Origin: a virus
Taxonomy: Duplodnaviria; Caudoviricetes
Reading direction: 5' to 3' (one strand)
Length of the DNA stretch: 60,850 nt
Virus record (IMG/VR): IMGVR_UViG_3300033149_001248
Coordinates: 1 to 60,850 of that record
A program made the translations under genes and the position numbers. How positions within the stretch are numbered: position 1 is the first letter of the stretch; every line of letters begins with the position of its first letter. The notes under the pieces are model-generated. The model did not search any database and was not told the DNA's origin. It saw only the letters and a list, made by a program, of their open reading frames with translations. Shown here in pieces: positions 54,870-60,850 of this stretch.

Positions 54870-56322
54870 TGTCCTCCATTCCTTCCACGGCTCCAGCTAG
54901 AATCGTCTGCGCTTCCTCTTCACCAAGACCCAAGAACCGAGTCAGATAGTCAATCGGCGGAATCAGGGCATCGACTTCGCCCGCCACGTACTTAGCCAGG
55001 GCGTTGGTCTTAACCTCAGCCACCTTTGCTTTTTCCAACTCGGTTAGAGCGTCAATGTCTGGCCAGTACACTCGATAGCCGTCTTTAGGCTCGGGGAGCA
55101 CGCGGAGCGCGATTAGCCGATTGATAAACGGCACAATCACCCTTGGCGTTAGATAACGGGAACGGCGTTCCTGTAGTCTATCGTTCCAAGTGGTCTGGTC
55201 TTGGCTTGAGGCTAACTCCCCCCGCTCCGATCCCAGAAAGATTCGCTTAGGAATACCCAGCTTGATGCAGATAGCGTTCAAGTCGGCCTCGATATGAGGC
55301 GTGGGATCAACGACGGTCGGCGCCAGAGGGCGGGCGGTCATGCCCATGAGGGTTAGATACCGCTGGAGACCTTCGCCGTAGTTTTCCATCATGTCCCGTA
55401 GGCTTTCAACGTCCACGGCTACATCGCCCCCTAGCTGCGGGTGAGTTTCCAGCGATAGGCCGAAGAACGCTCCGCGCCAGTACATCTCCGGGGCACTGCC
55501 GTAGAGTTTCCGCAGATTAAGGACGTGGTTCAGAACTGGCTGGAGCCTAGGTACCCCGAACACTTCGCTAGAACCTAGATTATCCGCTACGTGAACAACT
55601 CTGGTCCAGTGTACGGTTCGCGTAGCGATGTCGAGGCCCTGGCCCTGTTTGTCCTGGGCTTCGATTGTAGCGAAGCTAACCTGGTACTCTAGGGGCTGCC
55701 CGTATCGGGGGCTGGTCGGATCAGTAACATACTTAGCAACTTGAACCAACGACTCATCGAACACTCTCAAATAGAGCAACCGCCGTTGGCTTCCCGAACG
55801 GGATAGCTCCCCCGTCATCGGGTCCAACCCATCGGCCGGTTCGCGCAGGTCTCGACCGTCATCCAGGCCCAACAGCAGGACACCAAAACTGCCGATACCT
55901 GACATGACATCAAGCCGTTGAAGAATCTCCCAAATCGCGTAGGATTCTTCGCTCTGGTACCAGTTAACCCCGCCCCCTAGCCCCCTAGCTAAATCTTTCC
56001 AGGCCCCCTCAAAGACCGTTTCCCGATTCACGTCTTCGTCTTCGTAAACCGACGGTTGAACCCGCCAGCTTTCCATGGGCAGCACTTCGACTACCCGCGC
56101 AGCTACAGCCCATCGGTCGTACAACCGCCGATACTCTTGAGGGGATACGGCGTCGGGATAACCGCATTCCTTGTCGATGTCCCGCCGGGGGTCCGGCTCG
56201 TATGTCCGGTCGATAGCCGCGCGGCTCAACGTAGTAGCGTTGAGCGCTTGGGCTAGTTGGTTAATCAAAATCGGGTCTCGGAACCCGGCGTAAGAGGAAC
56301 GTTCGTGCGCAACGTCAATCAT
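54829..56322 (-). CDS. Portal protein (DUF1073-like)
   Basis: VHWTRVVH, GIPKRIFLGSERGELASSQD; between TerL and MuF. Confidence 0.85.
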   Translation of the reverse strand: MIDVAHERSSYAGFRDPILINQLAQALNATTLSRAAIDRTYEPDPRRDIDKECGYPDAVSPQEYRRLYDRWAVAARVVEVLPMESWRVQPSVYEDEDVNRETVFEGAWKDLARGLGGGVNWYQSEESYAIWEILQRLDVMSGIGSFGVLLLGLDDGRDLREPADGLDPMTGELSRSGSQRRLLYLRVFDESLVQVAKYVTDPTSPRYGQPLEYQVSFATIEAQDKQGQGLDIATRTVHWTRVVHVADNLGSSEVFGVPRLQPVLNHVLNLRKLYGSAPEMYWRGAFFGLSLETHPQLGGDVAVDVESLRDMMENYGEGLQRYLTLMGMTARPLAPTVVDPTPHIEADLNAICIKLGIPKRIFLGSERGELASSQDQTTWNDRLQERRSRYLTPRVIVPFINRLIALRVLPEPKDGYRVYWPDIDALTELEKAKVAEVKTNALAKYVAGEVDALIPPIDYLTRFLGLGEEEAQTILAGAVEGMEDNEPEPKQPEEPEA

Positions 56323-56866
56323 CGGCTAGCTCCTGTAACTGGTTTTGGCAGTGCTCGATGTCCGCTTTTAGCCACTCTAGCCGTTGCTCGATAGCCAACC
56401 AATCTACGTTTTCGACGGTTCCCCAACCGGCGGTTCGGCCGTCCGGGGATTGGGTGGTTCCGTCGGCGGAACCCGGCCAACGGGTTCGCTGCTGCAACGG
56501 CGCGCTCTTGGTTGCCTGTAGGGCTTTGAGCGCCATGTAACGCCCCCTAAGCAAATTATACTCCCGTTTTACAATGCTCAACCGCCGACGCCAGTATATC
56601 CGGCTCAACGCCTTCGCCCGTTCGGGCGATTCTGGGGGAAACTCCGGCCCGGCGTAGCTCGTTAGGCTGTACTGCCAACCGTCGGGAAACAATAGCTTCC
56701 CGGCCCAGACAACGGGATGTAGCCCGTGAATCGAACAAAACCGCTCGAAGTAGGCCCTCCAATCTAGTCGGGGAACGACCCCGGTGGTAGGGTCGGTTAG
56801 CTGGCGGATTAGCCCCCGCAGGTTTACCCGCCTACGTCGTTTCAGGTCTCTAACTACTCGTCTCAT
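56315..56866 (-). CDS. Hypothetical protein
   Basis: Coupled between TerL and portal. Confidence 0.55.
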   Translation of the reverse strand: MRRVVRDLKRRRRVNLRGLIRQLTDPTTGVVPRLDWRAYFERFCSIHGLHPVVWAGKLLFPDGWQYSLTSYAGPEFPPESPERAKALSRIYWRRRLSIVKREYNLLRGRYMALKALQATKSAPLQQRTRWPGSADGTTQSPDGRTAGWGTVENVDWLAIEQRLEWLKADIEHCQNQLQELADD

Positions 56867-58449
56867 CGGATAGCTCCCGCTACTGGACGAACGGCCTTTG
56901 AGGCACCGCTCTGAGCCCATACAGCCAACGTTAGAGCGTCCGCTTCATCTGGGCTATGCCCTACTAGGTCTGTGAGACTGGGCCGATTAGAGCCTTGCTT
57001 TCGGGTCTTCGGTAGAATCACTAGCCTACCCTCTTCATCATAGGTCAGAGGGATCACGGATAGCTGACGGCGCAATTCTCCGTACTGGCGGGGGATAGCA
57101 AACGGTTGACCGCTAGAGGGGTCTAGCCGTTGCCGTAGGGTGCCGTACAACTGGCCCCGCCGGTTGACGTAAGCGTAACGGGCCTCATCGGCTAGCCGTC
57201 GGTCCTTCAACGGCATGCGACCCGCTCGACGTTCGGGGGTCGCCGACTCGCCAAATCCTACGGTTCGCACCCCCTGGTAGCCTAGCGCGCGTAGCCGGTC
57301 GGCGTGTTGCTTACCGCCACCGCCCCGGTCGAATACGATGTCCGTTGGGCTGATGTTCCAACGTCGAGCCAAAGCTATCGTTTGATTGACTACCTGTACG
57401 GTGTCCGGGGTTCGCTGGGCTATTAGCTCGACTAGCCCATATTCCGAACAGATAGCCCAAGCCGTCTTGTCTCCCCCTTCGGCGCTATCTACTCCCATGG
57501 TTAGTCGCCCCCGCCGTAGTCCGTTTGGTCCTAACCGCTCCGCTATCTCAGCTGACTTTTCAAGCCATTCAGGCGGGAACATCTTAACCTCTGCCCCCTC
57601 GTAAAACTCCGCCCGGTGGCTGACGGCTTTCTGAATCTCATCCCAGAGTAGTTGTTCCCGTTGATACTCATCCCAAATCTTGACCCCTGGTACAAGTATC
57701 CGCCCGCTAGGTTTCTTCCCTTGGGCTATTTCAAGACGGGCTAGCCGAATATTCGGGCTATCTTCGGCCGTAATCCGAATCACTTTGCGGTAGTAGTAGT
57801 CACCGTCTTTGGCTGGTATGTCTCCGCCTGGGATACCCCTAGCCGGGTCGCCCGCAATCGCCCGTTTGAAAAAGTTTTCGCAGGGCCAGGTATTCCCGAT
57901 GATCAGCTTCCGGTGCGCCCAGGTATCGCACTTTTTGTAGTAGTCGTCAGGAACCGATGAGCTTTCGTCTGAAACGAATAGGGTCATCGGTCTTCCGTCC
58001 GGGGGCATAGCAATGTGGTGCCCTTGCATAGCCGCGATTCGGTCGGGGCTAGCAACCATCCCCTTGACATAGCTGAGCGGGCACTCCTGGCCTTTGTATA
58101 TCCGCCGTAATTCCCGGCTAAGAACGATTAGCGGTCCGCCTTCATCGACTCGGAGCGGGTAGGCACTCTCAGCGATGAACCGATGAATCTCACCCCACAG
58201 TACGTCTAGGTGATCGTCTTTCGCGCTAGTTGTAACGATTCGGCAGGGCACCCTAGTGAGGAAAAACCAGAGAACGATGAACGCTGAAACGAAGTCTTTA
58301 CCTAGCTTGTTCCCCGCCGCTACAACCGTCTCGTTATTCCTCTGCACAGAGTAGATGATCTGCTCTTGCTGCTTGTAGAACCGTATGTGTGGCCATAGTT
58401 TCTTCGCTAGTTGTAGCGGGTCAACCTCTTTAGGCCGTCCGTTGCTCAT
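56863..58449 (-). CDS. terL: Terminase large subunit
   Basis: AGNKLGKD, VSDESS, MGVDSAEGGD, SPDEADA. Confidence 0.9.
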   Translation of the reverse strand: MSNGRPKEVDPLQLAKKLWPHIRFYKQQEQIIYSVQRNNETVVAAGNKLGKDFVSAFIVLWFFLTRVPCRIVTTSAKDDHLDVLWGEIHRFIAESAYPLRVDEGGPLIVLSRELRRIYKGQECPLSYVKGMVASPDRIAAMQGHHIAMPPDGRPMTLFVSDESSSVPDDYYKKCDTWAHRKLIIGNTWPCENFFKRAIAGDPARGIPGGDIPAKDGDYYYRKVIRITAEDSPNIRLARLEIAQGKKPSGRILVPGVKIWDEYQREQLLWDEIQKAVSHRAEFYEGAEVKMFPPEWLEKSAEIAERLGPNGLRRGRLTMGVDSAEGGDKTAWAICSEYGLVELIAQRTPDTVQVVNQTIALARRWNISPTDIVFDRGGGGKQHADRLRALGYQGVRTVGFGESATPERRAGRMPLKDRRLADEARYAYVNRRGQLYGTLRQRLDPSSGQPFAIPRQYGELRRQLSVIPLTYDEEGRLVILPKTRKQGSNRPSLTDLVGHSPDEADALTLAVWAQSGASKAVRPVAGAIR

Positions 58450-59321
58450 AGCAAATCCTTTGCTGTTTCGGCTACCTTCGGATGAACATATAGGCATTCT
58501 ACCCTAGGTTGTTTTCGCTTCGCAGCCCCTCGTCCTTGAATCTCAGTTAGCCGGGTACGAGCGGCCACGCTACAAACCGTATTCCAGCGCTTTACTACCC
58601 AGCCCGCATCTACTAACGGTCGGTAAACCGGGTGCTCATAGGCGCTTAAAACCGCTGCGCCCTTTAATGTCAGTAGCGACTCGGTTAACGATTCATGATC
58701 GCTTACTGTTAGCTCATGCGAGTACACCGATCCCTTCCTAGTCGTTAGTACGTATGGAGGGTCGCAATAGAACAAGGTTTTAGGCGTATCATAGCTCTTT
58801 AAGACCGAACGAAAATCGCTGCACTCAATTTGAACTCGCTGGAAACGGGCGTGTACTTCGGGTAACCCTTCGATAGTCGATAACCAAGCGCTAACGGTCT
58901 TAGGCATCCTCCGGGTAATAGTTGATACCGAGTAGCCCCAGCTATGCCCAAAATTTCCGCCGAATGATTGACGGGCAACTACAAACCACATAGCGACTCG
59001 CTTAACCAGATCAGTTTGCTTCGACCAGTTAACTCGGCAATCGCAATATAGCTTTCGGCTATAGGGAAGCACGGCCACTCGACGGTAAAATTGATGAAAC
59101 AATTTAGGGTCGGATATTACGGTGAAGAAGTCGTATAACCCCCGGTCTATATCGTTATACACTTCCATCCCAACCGGGTCTTTCGATAGCAACAAACTAG
59201 CTCCGCCCCCGAACGGCTCGACGTAGGTTTGGTGGGGCCATCGTTCTAGAATCGGCACTATTTTGCTTACCATCTGACCCTTTCCCCCTACCCAAAGCAG
59301 TGGTCCTCGGAGTTTACGCAT
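58446..59321 (-). CDS. Dam-like (D12 class) DNA adenine methyltransferase
   Basis: WVGGK, YVEPFGGG, EVYND, YCDPPY. Confidence 0.92.
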   Translation of the reverse strand: MRKLRGPLLWVGGKGQMVSKIVPILERWPHQTYVEPFGGGASLLLSKDPVGMEVYNDIDRGLYDFFTVISDPKLFHQFYRRVAVLPYSRKLYCDCRVNWSKQTDLVKRVAMWFVVARQSFGGNFGHSWGYSVSTITRRMPKTVSAWLSTIEGLPEVHARFQRVQIECSDFRSVLKSYDTPKTLFYCDPPYVLTTRKGSVYSHELTVSDHESLTESLLTLKGAAVLSAYEHPVYRPLVDAGWVVKRWNTVCSVAARTRLTEIQGRGAAKRKQPRVECLYVHPKVAETAKDLL

Positions 59322-59913
59322 TGGAGTTTCCTTCCGTTTCGTTCGGTGGCTCTTGGGCCAATAGCTCTTGTTCTACGGGGTTCGTTTCCGTCGGCGGGGT
59401 AGCTAGCGCGTCCCAGTCGATTCCGTCTTTCGCCGTAGCCTCGATCTGGTGACGCTCAGGGGCCAAGAGACCCTTATGTTTCATCGCTAGGTCAACCGCT
59501 CCTAGCTTCGGAGACAACCGCAGACGGGTGCGAACCTTTTTCTCACCCCGCTCTAGGTCGATGGTTACCACCTGGTCTAGCCCGTCGATAACCGCGCGCG
59601 CTCGCTCGCTCATCAACGGGACAGGAAGCACTGCTCCTTCGTCATCGACCATCTCACCTACGTCTCGGGTGACTAGGTAGTACAGCTGGGTTAGAATCTC
59701 CTCGTGAGTCAATTCCCGTTGGCGGTTATCCCGCCGTACTTGCTCTTGAATAGCAGCCTTAACGTGCGGGGTTTTCAGTAGTCGAGCGGCCGCATGCGAT
59801 GGTCGCTTATACCCGGCGGCCTTAGCGGCTCTAGCCCCGTTGTAGTCAACTAGATACTCCGCTACAAAGACTAGCTGTCGGTCCGTGAGTTTATGGTCGA
59901 GTGATCTAGCCAT
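59314..59913 (-). CDS. terS: Terminase small subunit
   Basis: LTDRQLVFVAEYLVDYNGARAAKAAGY. Confidence 0.9.
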   Translation of the reverse strand: MARSLDHKLTDRQLVFVAEYLVDYNGARAAKAAGYKRPSHAAARLLKTPHVKAAIQEQVRRDNRQRELTHEEILTQLYYLVTRDVGEMVDDEGAVLPVPLMSERARAVIDGLDQVVTIDLERGEKKVRTRLRLSPKLGAVDLAMKHKGLLAPERHQIEATAKDGIDWDALATPPTETNPVEQELLAQEPPNETEGNSNA

Positions 59914-60850
59914 CGTTAACCGTCCGTCCTAGTACGGGCGCTTGCTGACCCGCCCCGATCAGCGGGGCCAAGCCGGGGTGGTCGAGCATCGCACCTTGAA
60001 TCCGGGGTATCGCATCGTTTTTCAGGTAGGTCTCCGAAAGGTCTATTCCCCAGCATCGCAGCCCTAGGCCCAACGCCACTACAACGGTCGTACCGCTACC
60101 CACGAACGGGTCCAACACTAGTTGAGGCTCTACTACCAGCTTATTATACGCCTTGGACAACGCCCGCCATCGTCTGCGCCATCGGTCCATCCCCCGAGAA
60201 CCTAGCGGTAGGTTCCGGGGCGGGTCTTCGATCCGGGGAACCCCGTAGCAATCGCAGCCAGGTCTCCAGCCCACCGTAGTCGAAGGCCAAGAACCTAGCG
60301 GTAGGTTCCGGGGCGGGTCTTCGATCCGGGGAACCCCGTAGCAATCGCAGCCAGGTCTCCAGCCCACCGTAGTCGAAGGCCAATAGCCCCCGCCCGCCTG
60401 GTTCAATTCTCTGCCGTGTTGTTTGTAAGGGGAGTCGGGTTTTCGGCGCATAGGTTGTTGTTTCGTATAGGGCCGTCTAGACACAACCCTTTCCCAGCCA
60501 CGGCCGCAAGTAGGGCAGGCCCCGTAGCGGCTCGTTCCCGCAGCTAGGCAGAGGCGTACTAGCTCTGGAGGGAACACAGCACAGTGGCTACCCGGGTGGT
60601 TCCCCGGCGCAATCGTCCAGACCGACCGGCGGTTTCGCCCCGCTCCTAGCTCGATGGTCCGGCGGGGCGCTCGATCCTTACGGGTACACATCCCGTATTG
60701 CCCCTCGGAGCGTAGTTTCCCGATGGAACCGCTACGGATGTCGGTGACGATTAGCCGGCCATCTGCCGCTTGACGGCGGGTCGCTTCGCTGTACGACTCT
60801 TTGATCGCCTCGGCATCGTAGTAATACTGCGAACCGAGCGTTAGCAGAAA
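59906..60850 (-). CDS. Beta-class DNA methyltransferase C-terminal part with alternative middle segment (allele B); open to the window end
   Basis: FLLTLGSQYYYDAEAIKE...RNRRSVWTI...HCAVFPPELV...LDPFVGSGTT. Confidence 0.85.
   Translation of the reverse strand, partial: FLLTLGSQYYYDAEAIKESYSEATRRQAADGRLIVTDIRSGSIGKLRSEGQYGMCTRKDRAPRRTIELGAGRNRRSVWTIAPGNHPGSHCAVFPPELVRLCLAAGTSRYGACPTCGRGWERVVSRRPYTKQQPMRRKPDSPYKQHGRELNQAGGGYWPSTTVGWRPGCDCYGVPRIEDPPRNLPLGSWPSTTVGWRPGCDCYGVPRIEDPPRNLPLGSRGMDRWRRRWRALSKAYNKLVVEPQLVLDPFVGSGTTVVVALGLGLRCWGIDLSETYLKNDAIPRIQGAMLDHPGLAPLIGAGQQAPVLGRTVNDG
60197..60382. repeat. Exact 93-bp in-frame tandem duplication
   Basis: 60197-60289 equals 60290-60382. Confidence 0.95.

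Larger units (their letters stand above)
1..60850. mobile_element. Tailed dsDNA bacteriophage genome (siphovirus-like), circularises at about 60175 bp
   Basis: Terminase, portal, capsid, tail tube, tape measure, PolA and primase are present; no host housekeeping genes; 1-114 equals 60176-60289. Confidence 0.95.

Noticed and set aside
54829-56322. Anti-CBASS Acb1 label sometimes attached to DUF1073 proteins
   Set aside because: Size and position between TerL and MuF indicate the portal
1-60850. TAG stop-codon reassignment suggested by abundant TAG
   Set aside because: Genes are full length in the standard code and many end in TAG
1-60850. tRNA genes, integrase/att sites, dCMP deaminase
   Set aside because: None recognised by eye; tRNAscan and HMM searches are needed to exclude them

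Overview
The window is an apparently complete ~60.2-kb tailed dsDNA phage genome with a siphovirus-type tail and no integrase. Bases 1-114 recur exactly at 60176-60289, and a Planctomycetota host is inferred only from gene types. Layout: (i) a leftward replication and DNA-modification arm (1-19114) with primase-helicase, MazG, dUMP hydroxymethylase, HAD nucleotidase, a thymidine-hypermodification cluster (5-hmdU DNA kinase, P-loop kinase, radical SAM, amino acid:DNA transferase, PLP enzyme) extended by an amidoligase and a probable ATP-grasp protein, then PolA, recombination genes, UDG and RuvC; (ii) a rightward early region (19263-28921) of small genes and a UvrD helicase; (iii) a leftward packaging, head and tail arm (29523-60850) that ends in a glycosyltransferase/radical SAM cassette. 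Main discoveries: an M6-like hypermodification pathway with extra amide-bond-forming enzymes (possible new base), a type II hammerhead ribozyme in the early leader, four covarying kissing-hairpin RNA elements between early genes, strong CTAG enrichment, and two divergent alleles of one DNA methyltransferase. All family calls come from motif recognition by eye; no database search was run.
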